From Pontiella sp. (GTDB lineage Bacteria > Verrucomicrobiota > Kiritimatiellia > Kiritimatiellales > Pontiellaceae): DNA of 43,018 nt. The notes below the pieces were generated by a model, which was not told where the DNA came from, searched no databases, and was given only the letters and a program-made list of their open reading frames with translations. The stretch spans positions 1-43,018 of the forward strand of contig JBFHPA010000001.1 in NCBI GenBank assembly GCA_041592955.1. Reading direction: 5' to 3'. Both the position numbers and the translations under genes were made by a program. Shown here in pieces: positions 20,828-29,804 of this stretch. The stretch's first letter is position 1. Each line of letters starts with the position of its first letter.

Positions 20828-20905
20828 TGATTACCGCCTTTAAATAACTATCAAAATTTTGTTTTGCACCCGCTGATTAGGCTGAAGTGGCGCCGTTTAA
20901 GCATA

Positions 20906-21844
20906 TCAACCGGCGCTCTTTCGCTTAAGAATCAGCTGTGCTTTGCGCCTTCCGATAAACGTCAGTTTCGGAATGGACGATTCAAGAGCCTTGTTCACTT
21001 GCGGGTCGTGCGATTCGCGGGTCCCCAGAAAATCAAGGATGGCCCACTCCGCCGCCTCACTGGTTCTTCCTAGCATTTTAACAAGCCGCAAATCAAGCTC
21101 TTCGGGGTTTGTGAAACGCCCATTGAGCACCTGCAGCGCCCGTTTGGCGTTGTCGCGGTCGGCTTTTTCAAACACCCGGTAAACCGTATCGTCTTCAACT
21201 CCGGCTTGCCCGGCCATCTCCAGTGCGAAGCGAATTTGCGCCTGGTCGTCCGATGTCATGAACCGGACAACGTCATCCTTCGACATCGCCCGACGGGTGG
21301 TTTCCAAAAGCTGGCCCACCACTTCACCGTTCACCCAGTGCCACAACACCCACGAACTATAGACTGCTCCCGGCACCACCGCACCATGGAGATAGGGTGT
21401 GGTTGCACCGCTCACCCCATCCACGGTACGGTCTTCTTCAGCTCCATGCAGCTGAATCAAATAGCTCCCCAGTTTTGAATTTCGATCCTTGAGGATCATA
21501 TCAAGCTGCGCGTAGTCGGCCTCGGAAAATACGATATGGTCCGTTTTGCTAAGCGGCTTGCCGGGAACGGGATATACATTAAGAAAACGACCCAGTGCAT
21601 CCCAATACAGGACCACTTCAAGGGGCTTGCACTTGCCGTTGTAGCAGGTACTCGCAAAAAGCGGCATCCAGTAAGCCTGCGGCACGCCGTGCACGTCGCG
21701 CCTCATATTCACCCCATACTCTATGGACTCCATATCCGGATGCAGCGGATCACGCAGCTGAACCGAAAACGATTCGACCGGCTCTGTATACAGGCACCCG
21801 GCGTAACATAGGCCTATACAAAGCAGCTGGAGCAATGTTTTCAA
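20906..21844 (-). CDS. Putative lipoprotein with flavinylation (FMN-binding) motif and helical C-terminus
   Basis: Lipobox-like YAGC and VDGVSGATT motif; overlaps the upstream gene's stop (ATGA). Confidence 0.7.
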   Translation of the reverse strand: MKTLLQLLCIGLCYAGCLYTEPVESFSVQLRDPLHPDMESIEYGVNMRRDVHGVPQAYWMPLFASTCYNGKCKPLEVVLYWDALGRFLNVYPVPGKPLSKTDHIVFSEADYAQLDMILKDRNSKLGSYLIQLHGAEEDRTVDGVSGATTPYLHGAVVPGAVYSSWVLWHWVNGEVVGQLLETTRRAMSKDDVVRFMTSDDQAQIRFALEMAGQAGVEDDTVYRVFEKADRDNAKRALQVLNGRFTNPEELDLRLVKMLGRTSEAAEWAILDFLGTRESHDPQVNKALESSIPKLTFIGRRKAQLILKRKSAG

Positions 21845-24636
21845 TAGACACGCAGCTCGTAGATGCGGGCGGAGGGGTCGCCGCCGGTCTTACTCGCCAC
21901 TACCCTGAGTTTCTCCGTTTCGACCGGTTCGATGCGGTGGATCCGGAGGCGCTGGATGTTACCCGTTTCGCTGACAATGGTCTTCCATCCACCGTCGAGC
22001 CATGCCTGGATTTCATAGTCGCTGATCCGTTCAGGAACAATGGGGTTGTTATAGCGCCGGCGATCCAGGTTGGTATCAAAGATCAGCCGGACTTCACTTA
22101 CGGTCTGCGGTTGGTCCCATGCCAGTTGTACCCATTGCGGCAATGGCTGATCAGGATCGGATGACCACATATTAACCGAACTATTCGTATACCAAAAGCG
22201 GGTCTTCCCGTTGATGATATTGGCGGCACCGAAATCATAGTCCCACTCCAGCGCGGGGGTGGCGTAAAAGGCGGGAACCATTGAGGTTTTCAAATGCACC
22301 GATTGGTTCCATTCCCATTTCGACCACTCGCACATCAGGGGTGGATTGGCATGGCTTACTTCCCAGTAAACACCTTTAGCACCGCCCTTGAAGCGCGCCA
22401 CCAGAAACCGGCCTGGCAACTCGCAATCCACTTTTACCGGCAACGTCCCTGTGAAGTCGGGAGGGATGGTAACCGGGATCTCGGTCACGGGAGTAAGGTT
22501 TTCAAAATCCTGAAAGGCCGGCGAGGTGTAGAGTTGTAATGTTACCGCCGCCTCTTGGGCGGACCGATTATCGATCAGGAAATTCAATGTTCCGACCGCC
22601 TGCAGACGTCCGGCCGGACACATCACCGTCCTGGACGTCAGCGGCACGGCTTTATTCCCGCGATCCACCGTGCCTGGACGGTTGTGGTAGGTCTCGTTAA
22701 CGGCCCAGACCTCCTGCTCACTCGACGCGGTGGCAATTGCTTTGCGGGCAAGATCAGCAGGGTCTTCATTTTGTATGCGCGGAATATACTGGTCTTCCTT
22801 AATCAGCCGTTGCTGGAGTTCTTTAATCCGCTCCTGTCCCACCTCACGGGGCGTCATGGTGTATTCTGAGCACATTGCCGCCGCCGTGCCTGCCGCCTGC
22901 CCGATGGTGGCGCAGGTCATCATGATGCGTGTGGTTCCGAGTGCATAATGACTCACACTGATGCAGCGGCCGGCCATGAGCAGGTTGGAAATATTCTTTG
23001 AATAGATGCAGCGGAATGGAATGCCGCCGCCGGGATTCACCCTGTAATCGCAGTCGTACGGCCCCCCCTTGCCTGAAAAGATACCCTGCGGATGGTGAAT
23101 GTCCGCCGACCATCCGTAGGACGTGATGGAGTCTTCAAACCAGCGCGGCTGCAACACGTCGTTCAGGTTGAGGATATAATCACCCATCAACCGGCGCGAT
23201 TCACGGCGTCCCAGGAAAAAACCGATATTGTTCAGCGTATGGTTTTTTGCTGTCTCTTTCTTTTCCCAGTGGTTCTTGACGTAGTCGGCAAAGCCGTATG
23301 CAATGCGGAGCAGGTAGTCGCGCGCGTATTCGCCTTCCCATACATCATCAACGGTTCCGGGATATTCCATCCACCAGTGCCGATAAGCCAGGCTTTCGAT
23401 CTTGCGATGGAGCGGCACCGGCAGTTTGGCTGCCCAGCCCGGCGGCTCATACGACACCCGATTTTCTGTTTTAACCATGAACGGCCCGCCTTCGCTGTTC
23501 ACGCAGGCACTCATGGTGATGTGGTCGGCCTCCTTCGGCGCAGGCTTTTCGTTGAATTCCGATTTTGCCTCGCGGCCCACACGGAACTCGGCCCCGGAAA
23601 AATAGCCGACCCATCCATCCCCCGTGCAGTCGATGAAGTAGTCGCCATGGAATTCCGAACGCGTTCCGTCGAGCGCATGCACCGTCTTCACACCTTGAAT
23701 GGTTTCTTGGTCCGCCATGATTACACCATCGACACGGGTGTTCAAAAATAGATGCAGATTGGGCTCTGCCTCCGCCAGTTCTGTAAACGCCTCGGTGAAA
23801 TCTGTGGTTTGATGAAAAGAATTAATGAGCGTGGCTTCGTTGATGATTCCGCCTTCACGCATTTGCGCCTGTTGATTCGCCGCACCGTTCATACCCACTG
23901 CGAACTCCTTACTGCCGTTTCCGCCCAGCACCGGCCGATCCTGGATCAGTGCGGTTTTGGCACCCTGGCGCGCTGCCGCGATGGCCGCCGAGGTTCCGGC
24001 CGGTCCGCCACCCACCACAATCACATCAAATGATCCCTGTACAACAGGCATCAATTCAAGCCCCGTGTATTTCGCCCGGGCTGCCGCCATCTCTTCCTGT
24101 TTCGGCGGAGAGAACTTTTCATCTCTGGTCAGCACCAATGCATCGCAGCGGCCGTAATATCCGGACTGGTCGACCAGCCGGAGCGTCTGTTCACCCGCTT
24201 CCAGCGGGAAGATTCCAGCCTGCTGCCAAACCCACTCGCCACTCTTGGCGTTGCCGCACAGTGTGCTGAACGTGTCGCCCACCTTCACCTTGAAGATACC
24301 GGGACTGTGTTCCGGGTCCCAGTTGCGTGAACGAACCCATAGCGTGTAGGCTCCCGACTCCGAGAGCGTCGCCGTCGCCACGGCATCTTTCACCGGCGTG
24401 CCGAGCCCGGGGGCCAGTAAATAGCCGGAGCCCATCAGATAGATAAACTGCGTATCGTGATACCAGCCGCCGTAGTCCTGAAAATCCTCCGCATCGAGCC
24501 AGAGTGTTCCCGCAACGTCGGTCCGTTCGGTGCGGCTCGTTTTCTGCAGCGCATCCGAAACATCAGGTGGGGGGTATTGACCGAACGCGGTCGCAGCGAG
24601 CATCAATATGGATATTACGAGTATTCCGTTTTTCAT
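21841..24636 (-). CDS. Secreted FAD-dependent oxidoreductase (PF12831-like) with N-terminal and C-terminal (F5/8-type-C-like) beta-sandwich domains
   Basis: DVIVVGGGPAG, IQDRPVLGGN, FIDCTGDG, RRESRRLMGD and IPFRCIYS..NLLMAGRCIS motifs; C-terminus PQWVQL...ARIYELRVY. Confidence 0.88.
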   Translation of the reverse strand: MKNGILVISILMLAATAFGQYPPPDVSDALQKTSRTERTDVAGTLWLDAEDFQDYGGWYHDTQFIYLMGSGYLLAPGLGTPVKDAVATATLSESGAYTLWVRSRNWDPEHSPGIFKVKVGDTFSTLCGNAKSGEWVWQQAGIFPLEAGEQTLRLVDQSGYYGRCDALVLTRDEKFSPPKQEEMAAARAKYTGLELMPVVQGSFDVIVVGGGPAGTSAAIAAARQGAKTALIQDRPVLGGNGSKEFAVGMNGAANQQAQMREGGIINEATLINSFHQTTDFTEAFTELAEAEPNLHLFLNTRVDGVIMADQETIQGVKTVHALDGTRSEFHGDYFIDCTGDGWVGYFSGAEFRVGREAKSEFNEKPAPKEADHITMSACVNSEGGPFMVKTENRVSYEPPGWAAKLPVPLHRKIESLAYRHWWMEYPGTVDDVWEGEYARDYLLRIAYGFADYVKNHWEKKETAKNHTLNNIGFFLGRRESRRLMGDYILNLNDVLQPRWFEDSITSYGWSADIHHPQGIFSGKGGPYDCDYRVNPGGGIPFRCIYSKNISNLLMAGRCISVSHYALGTTRIMMTCATIGQAAGTAAAMCSEYTMTPREVGQERIKELQQRLIKEDQYIPRIQNEDPADLARKAIATASSEQEVWAVNETYHNRPGTVDRGNKAVPLTSRTVMCPAGRLQAVGTLNFLIDNRSAQEAAVTLQLYTSPAFQDFENLTPVTEIPVTIPPDFTGTLPVKVDCELPGRFLVARFKGGAKGVYWEVSHANPPLMCEWSKWEWNQSVHLKTSMVPAFYATPALEWDYDFGAANIINGKTRFWYTNSSVNMWSSDPDQPLPQWVQLAWDQPQTVSEVRLIFDTNLDRRRYNNPIVPERISDYEIQAWLDGGWKTIVSETGNIQRLRIHRIEPVETEKLRVVASKTGGDPSARIYELRVY

Positions 24637-24658
24637 AGATTCTCCTTAATTAAAGGCA

Positions 24659-25483
24659 TCACTTCTTCTGGTAGACTCGGATGTAATCGATTTCGTAGCG
24701 GGCCGGGAAGGGGGTTTGTGACGGATCGCCGCCGGCCCCGCCACCGATCGCGAGATTAACGAGCAGGTAGTGCGGTTGGCGAAACGGATTTTCAATGGGA
24801 TGGCCTGAAGGGTTGTAGGTCTTTTCGAGATCGATTTCGTTAAGCAGCCGGTCGTCGACATACAGCTTGATAGAGTCCTTATTCCAATCCATGCGCCAGA
24901 TGTGGAATTGATCCGCCCAATCGGGGTCGCCGAGTTTCGTCAGGGGTATATTGGCGGCGTTCTTTTTGGGTTGATAGCGTTTGCCCGATCCCCAGAAGGC
25001 GTTGGCGAGCAGGGTGCCTTTGTAATATTCCATAATATCGATTTCACCGTTGTCCGGCCATTCTCCATCGATGCCAAGTGTCCAGAAGGCGGGCCACAGT
25101 CCCGGCCGGATATCGATTTTCGCGCGCATTTCGAAGCGGCCGTATGTCCAGCTGTGCAGTCCCCGGGTGATCAGGCAAGCCGAGGTGTATTCGGCATATT
25201 CCCATTGGGTGTCCCACTCCTTGGAGCCCGGACGATAGTTTGTATTGGGCACCCGTTCGCGCCGTCCTTCGATCACGAGCAGCCCGTTGGAACAGGTTGC
25301 GTTTTCGGGTTGGTACCACTGGGCCTCGTGGTTGCGGACATGGCCATGCTCATAGGTCCAGTTTTCCGGGTTGGGCCGGCCATCAATATTAAACTCGTCT
25401 GCCCATACCAGCTGGTAGACCGGAGCTGCGGCAGCCAGTGTTACGGAAGCCAGCGCTGTACATAGGAGGCATGGTATTTTCAT
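24659..25483 (-). CDS. GH16 glycoside hydrolase, laminarinase-like
   Basis: LVWADEF, YGRFEMRAK, WPAFW, EIDIME, NLAIGG and IDYIRVYQ motifs; signal peptide. Confidence 0.93.
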   Translation of the reverse strand: MKIPCLLCTALASVTLAAAAPVYQLVWADEFNIDGRPNPENWTYEHGHVRNHEAQWYQPENATCSNGLLVIEGRRERVPNTNYRPGSKEWDTQWEYAEYTSACLITRGLHSWTYGRFEMRAKIDIRPGLWPAFWTLGIDGEWPDNGEIDIMEYYKGTLLANAFWGSGKRYQPKKNAANIPLTKLGDPDWADQFHIWRMDWNKDSIKLYVDDRLLNEIDLEKTYNPSGHPIENPFRQPHYLLVNLAIGGGAGGDPSQTPFPARYEIDYIRVYQKK

Positions 25484-25509
25484 GTTTATTTTACCTGAAG
25501 CGGTTCGAC

Positions 25510-27102
25510 TTATTTAGATTTCCAGACCCTGACATAATCTACGAAGGAGTAGCTGGGATAGGTTTCGGTCTGGAAATTTCCGTCGCCGAAACTGGCTCCG
25601 ACGGATAGCCAAAGCCACTCCGCGACCTGCGGGATTCCGACGCCGGTATAGGTCCACTGTTTCAGGCCGTCGTAGTAGAAGTCCAGATAGGTCGGTGTCC
25701 AGTGCAGGGCGAAGGTGTGGTAGCCCGTATACACATCTTCGGCATTCCAACTTTTGGTGCTCTGTTGCTTGGATGCGCCATAGCCATCCCAGTGCAGAAC
25801 AGATTGGCACTCGTTGTCCTGGGCATTGATTCCTCCATTGCCATATGCGGATTCAAAAATATCGACTTCACAGCCGTCTGCTCCGCTGCCATCCACGTTG
25901 TTCTGATTGTGTCCCTGCATCCAAAATGCGGTATGGGCACCTTTTTCTATCGGCGAGCAGTTGATGCGCGCCTCCATGAATCCATAGGTCGTTTCATAGA
26001 GATTCCTTGATTCAATCGACCCGCACCACATGGTGTTGCTGTCTTTTTTGGATATTTTGAGGGCAAGTGTTCCGTTTGAAATGGCCACATGGTTCGCCTT
26101 CCACCACCAATCATTAATGCCTTGGTCCGGTCTGGGCGAACGGGTGCTCGTGCTGACCGATTTGACCCATTTTTCGGAGTTGAACGAGTTGAACTCATCG
26201 GAGAAGTCCAGCACCCAGGTATCGCCGGTAGGTATGGCAAGCGCGGGTTGTGCACTGCGCGGTGTGGCCGGGTCGACGAATGATGCAGGCGGTTCCGGCG
26301 TTATTCTAAAAAATGAATACGGGCCTGAATCCATCGGCAGCGTTTGGGCGAGCTGGTTGCTGCCGGCGAGCAGATTGGTTTCAATTGCGATCCAGTCGAC
26401 GAGGTTGGTGCCTTGCTCAATCGAATAATAATTTCCCGGCAACGAAGTCCAACCCAGATGCAGGGTGTTGCTCGCCGCGTTTGGCGCAATGACCGCCCGG
26501 CGTTCGGTCGAAACGGTCAGGCTGAAGTTGTCGATTCGAGCAAAGCCATTGGCAATGTTGTCGCCGGACTGGGTGTCGAGGGCCACGAAAAGCGTCTTTC
26601 CAGCAACAGCCGCATCGGCAGCATACACACTTTTGCCTTCAACGAATTCATAGGTGGCGTCACTGGTGCTCACCCCTGAAAGAAGGATGACCAGATCGGA
26701 CTGCATTCCGGTAATCGTATCGGTATCCGTGACAAACAGTCTGACTTTGATGCGGTCGGCTGCATCATTCCACTGAAAGGAGTCGCGCCACCAATAGCTT
26801 AGGCCAAACACATCGCTTTCCTGAATGATATAGCCTGTATCCAGTCCCGCAATGCGTGCAGCGCTTTCAGCAAGTATGGCGTTGCGGGTTCCATCAAAAT
26901 ATTCGTCGTCTTTCAGAAATACGGCGCTGTTGTTGCCGGTGCCGATATTTATCCAGTACGGTTCTGCCGCAAATGTGGCATTTCCTGACCCGGCCGGGTT
27001 GTTGAAATTGCCGTTTAGGATTTCTCCGCCTACCAGCACGGTTTGGGCACAGGTTATACCGGCAGTCGACAAGAGGATGGCAGCTATATTTTTTACATTC
27101 AT
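25510..27102 (-). CDS. Modular GH16 glycoside hydrolase (N-terminal unknown module, internal CTD-like segment, C-terminal GH16)
   Basis: FSDEFN, YGFMEAR, TAFW, EVDIFE, YHTFALHWTP and VDYVRVW motifs; signal peptide from ATG 27102. Confidence 0.88.
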   Translation of the reverse strand: MNVKNIAAILLSTAGITCAQTVLVGGEILNGNFNNPAGSGNATFAAEPYWINIGTGNNSAVFLKDDEYFDGTRNAILAESAARIAGLDTGYIIQESDVFGLSYWWRDSFQWNDAADRIKVRLFVTDTDTITGMQSDLVILLSGVSTSDATYEFVEGKSVYAADAAVAGKTLFVALDTQSGDNIANGFARIDNFSLTVSTERRAVIAPNAASNTLHLGWTSLPGNYYSIEQGTNLVDWIAIETNLLAGSNQLAQTLPMDSGPYSFFRITPEPPASFVDPATPRSAQPALAIPTGDTWVLDFSDEFNSFNSEKWVKSVSTSTRSPRPDQGINDWWWKANHVAISNGTLALKISKKDSNTMWCGSIESRNLYETTYGFMEARINCSPIEKGAHTAFWMQGHNQNNVDGSGADGCEVDIFESAYGNGGINAQDNECQSVLHWDGYGASKQQSTKSWNAEDVYTGYHTFALHWTPTYLDFYYDGLKQWTYTGVGIPQVAEWLWLSVGASFGDGNFQTETYPSYSFVDYVRVWKSK

Positions 27103-27110
27103 TGTTACAT

Positions 27111-27135
27111 TTGCGCCGTAAATACTGTTTCTGAC
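27111..27135 (-). promoter_or_regulatory. Candidate ECF promoter (GTCAG-N15-CGCAA) for the leftward operon
   Basis: Minus strand gtcag aaacagtatttacgg cgcaa, 8 nt before ATG 27102. Confidence 0.6.
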
Positions 27136-27180
27136 CGATATTGCCTGTGAGAATATGTGCAAATAGTTGAAATATATCAT

Positions 27181-27205
27181 GTCAGACCGTACGCTGGTAC
27201 CGCAA
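27181..27205 (+). promoter_or_regulatory. Candidate ECF promoter (GTCAG-N15-CGCAA) upstream of the sigma gene
   Basis: gtcag accgtacgctggtac cgcaa. Confidence 0.62.
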
Positions 27206-27230
27206 TTAGAGGTATTAAAGCAGGGATATT

Positions 27231-27740
27231 ATGCCCGGAACAGATGAGTTTATTCGTGAGTTCACGCTCAATGAGCGCCAGATTCGCTACTATATTGCGA
27301 GTCTGGTGGCCAACAAGAGCGATGTGGACGATATTATGCAGGAAGCTTCCTCCTTACTGTGGAAGAAGTTCGATGAGTATGATCCCGATCGGCCGTTCCT
27401 TCCCTGGGCCATGCGTTTTGCCTATAACGCCGTGCGCACCTATCGCCAAAAGCTGGGCACGAGAAAGAAATATTTTTGTAATGAATTGATCGAAGAGCTG
27501 GTTGCCGTCCATGAAAAGGAGATGGATCGGCTCGACCAGGAGCGCAAGCTTCTGCCATCCGCCATTAACAAACTGTCGGATAAGGAGCGGCTGCTGATCC
27601 AGCACCGCTACAGCAACGGGGGTACGATTCAGGATCTGGCCAGGAAGCTCGGCGAAAATCCCGATGCACTCTACAAGCGGCTCCAGCGGATCCGCGAAAA
27701 ACTGATGAAAAACATCCAACTCGAAATGGAACCCGTTTAG
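27231..27740 (+). CDS. ECF RNA polymerase sigma factor (Planctomycete/Verrucomicrobia-type)
   Basis: DVDDIMQE..LWKKFDEYD..RPFLPWA (region 2); C-terminal HTH IQDLARKLGENPDALYKRLQRIR. Confidence 0.93.
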   Translation: MPGTDEFIREFTLNERQIRYYIASLVANKSDVDDIMQEASSLLWKKFDEYDPDRPFLPWAMRFAYNAVRTYRQKLGTRKKYFCNELIEELVAVHEKEMDRLDQERKLLPSAINKLSDKERLLIQHRYSNGGTIQDLARKLGENPDALYKRLQRIREKLMKNIQLEMEPV

Positions 27741-29426
27741 ATGAAGAAAGAACAGAAAGAACTTTACAGCCTGATGTCGGCGCAACACGACGGCTTGCTT
27801 GACGAATCCGCCACCGAGCGCATCGCCGAGCTGCTGGAGGGCGATGCGCAGGCGCAACGCTACTATCTTGAACTCGGCACGCTCTTCCACGAACTCGAGG
27901 AAACCTATCACGGACATTGTGCAGATTCCCTGGTAGAGGAATATCCGCGCAGACGTGAAAAGATTATCCCCCTGTTCGGTTGGGCGGCGGCGATTGCCGC
28001 CTCACTGGTGGCGGCCTTCCTGTTGGTTCCAAGGTCGGGAACCGAACGGTCTCCGATGCTGGTGGACTCCGAATCCACGATTGTGATGGAAAACGACTTG
28101 TTTTTCGCACATGTGGTGGATTCGTCCGGCGTGGAGTGGGGCAGCGAAAACACCGTTGAAATCATCAACGGGGAACTTCGGCATGGCATGCTGGATCTGG
28201 CTAAAGGTTCGCTCGATGTGGTGTTCGATAATGGCGTTCGCTTTGGATTTGCCGCCCCTGTGAAAATGGACCTTACCTCTCAGCAGCGCTTGACGCTCCA
28301 TTCGGGAGGGATTGTGGTTGATGTGCCGGGACTTTCCGAGGGCGTGGTAATCAACACCCCTGATGGCGTGCTCATGGCGAATACCGCGCGTGCCCATATT
28401 TTATGCGATGTGGATCAGGCTACGTTGCTCAATGTTGAACGGGGTTCGGTGGATCTGTTCACGGAAAACGGCCAGGGCCGGGAAGTCCGGCGGAGTATTG
28501 TGGGAACGGAATCGGTTCGAATTGCAAGCGGCGCAGCAGAACCGGTGATCGACAACTATCGGGTGATTGAGCCGCGGATCGACCTATCGCAGCCGGCCGA
28601 ACTGGAAAACCTGCAGTATGTCCACTACCGCTTTGATGAAACGCAGGGAGAATCCGTCAAAAACTATGGAACCATGCCCAATGCCGACGGCTGGTTGGCC
28701 GGAACGCCTGAATACCCCGCGCCGCTCAGTGTGCCGGGTCGTTTTGGCCGCGCGCTTGCATTTAGCGGACATGGCGAAGGCGTGCTGGCGGATCTGAAGG
28801 ATTTCGGCTCCGACGAGCCGGGCAGTGTGGCGTTTTGGATTAAAATGGAACCCGGCATGGTTCCCGGGAAATATGAAAATATCTTTACATGGCACATGTA
28901 TACGCTGCCTGAAAAAGGATGGCATGCCGACGACGAGAAGGAGCTGGCCTGCCGCATCCGCATAAACCATTCGGCTGCCGAAGGTGTGGTGGGTGCCGTA
29001 CGCATGGAATTCCGCAACCGCTGGATTTGCGGTACGACCGACCTGCGCGACGGCCGCTGGCACCATGTTACCGCTGTGTTCCATCGCGGCTACCAGGGCA
29101 CTATGGTACGTCACTATATCGATGGCGAGCTGGCGCGTTCGAGTGCGCGGGGCGCAACCTGGTTCCCGACAGAACGTTATCCCGAAATAAGGGGCGGCTC
29201 CATTGCCGTGGGGCGTATTTACTGGCCTGACCGCCCAGATGCGCTTGCGCCGTCGGATCCTTGGGGACTGCGCGGGACGATTGACGAGCTATACGTTTTC
29301 AATCAGGCGGTGCTGCCGTCTCACGCTTCGCGCCTGCATATGAAAAACACCCCCGATCAGGTGCTCGATGTTACATTCGTTCCATGGGCACCGCACACCA
29401 TTGCTATGGCTTCCCCATTGCGCTGA
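27741..29426 (+). CDS. Anti-sigma factor: N-terminal helical domain, TM helix, FecR-like domain and LamG-like jelly-roll
   Basis: Starts immediately after the sigma stop; TM segment WAAAIAASLVAAFLLV; HYRFDE, GRFGRALAFSG, DLRDGRWHHV and GTIDELYVFNQA LamG-type motifs. Confidence 0.85.
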   Translation: MKKEQKELYSLMSAQHDGLLDESATERIAELLEGDAQAQRYYLELGTLFHELEETYHGHCADSLVEEYPRRREKIIPLFGWAAAIAASLVAAFLLVPRSGTERSPMLVDSESTIVMENDLFFAHVVDSSGVEWGSENTVEIINGELRHGMLDLAKGSLDVVFDNGVRFGFAAPVKMDLTSQQRLTLHSGGIVVDVPGLSEGVVINTPDGVLMANTARAHILCDVDQATLLNVERGSVDLFTENGQGREVRRSIVGTESVRIASGAAEPVIDNYRVIEPRIDLSQPAELENLQYVHYRFDETQGESVKNYGTMPNADGWLAGTPEYPAPLSVPGRFGRALAFSGHGEGVLADLKDFGSDEPGSVAFWIKMEPGMVPGKYENIFTWHMYTLPEKGWHADDEKELACRIRINHSAAEGVVGAVRMEFRNRWICGTTDLRDGRWHHVTAVFHRGYQGTMVRHYIDGELARSSARGATWFPTERYPEIRGGSIAVGRIYWPDRPDALAPSDPWGLRGTIDELYVFNQAVLPSHASRLHMKNTPDQVLDVTFVPWAPHTIAMASPLR

Positions 29427-29715
29427 CTCTGAATTCATCGACTTTATTTCACGGAAGCAATGCATGGGACGAAATGGTTGCTCGGGCCGCTCGATCTTTT
29501 TAATAGAGGGCCTTTAACGCTTTTTACGGGCGCCGTCCAGCCAAACTTCCTTTACGGCGAGAACCCCGGTTTTTGCTTTCCATCGCGATGCCACTTCCCG
29601 ACGGTTAGGATGTGGTATAGTCGTTCTTTTCAGCACTTCGGGTAGCGTGACCACGCCATCATTAATCGGCTGGTCATGGTCCCATTGCACCTAAGCTGAT
29701 TTTTCCATTTTTTTT

Positions 29716-29740
29716 GTCAGATACCCGTCCTGCCCCGCAA
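29716..29740 (+). promoter_or_regulatory. Candidate ECF promoter (GTCAG-N15-CGCAA)
   Basis: gtcag atacccgtcctgccc cgcaa, preceded by a T-tract; 64 nt upstream of ATG 29805. Confidence 0.62.
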
Positions 29741-29804
29741 ATCATTATGCAAGTAGGCGGATTGGTTTCCCGATTCGTTATCTAAAAAAGCAGGAGGATG
29801 AGAG

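Noticed and set aside
20828-20905. ECF-type motif upstream of the second sulfatase
   Set aside because: Best match (TTCAG-N13-TGCAA on the minus strand) deviates in both boxes and in spacing.
29427-29715. ncRNA or small ORF in the long intergenic region after the anti-sigma gene
   Set aside because: Only a weak tgacca/tggtca inverted repeat and a possible extended -10; no recognisable RNA family or credible ORF.
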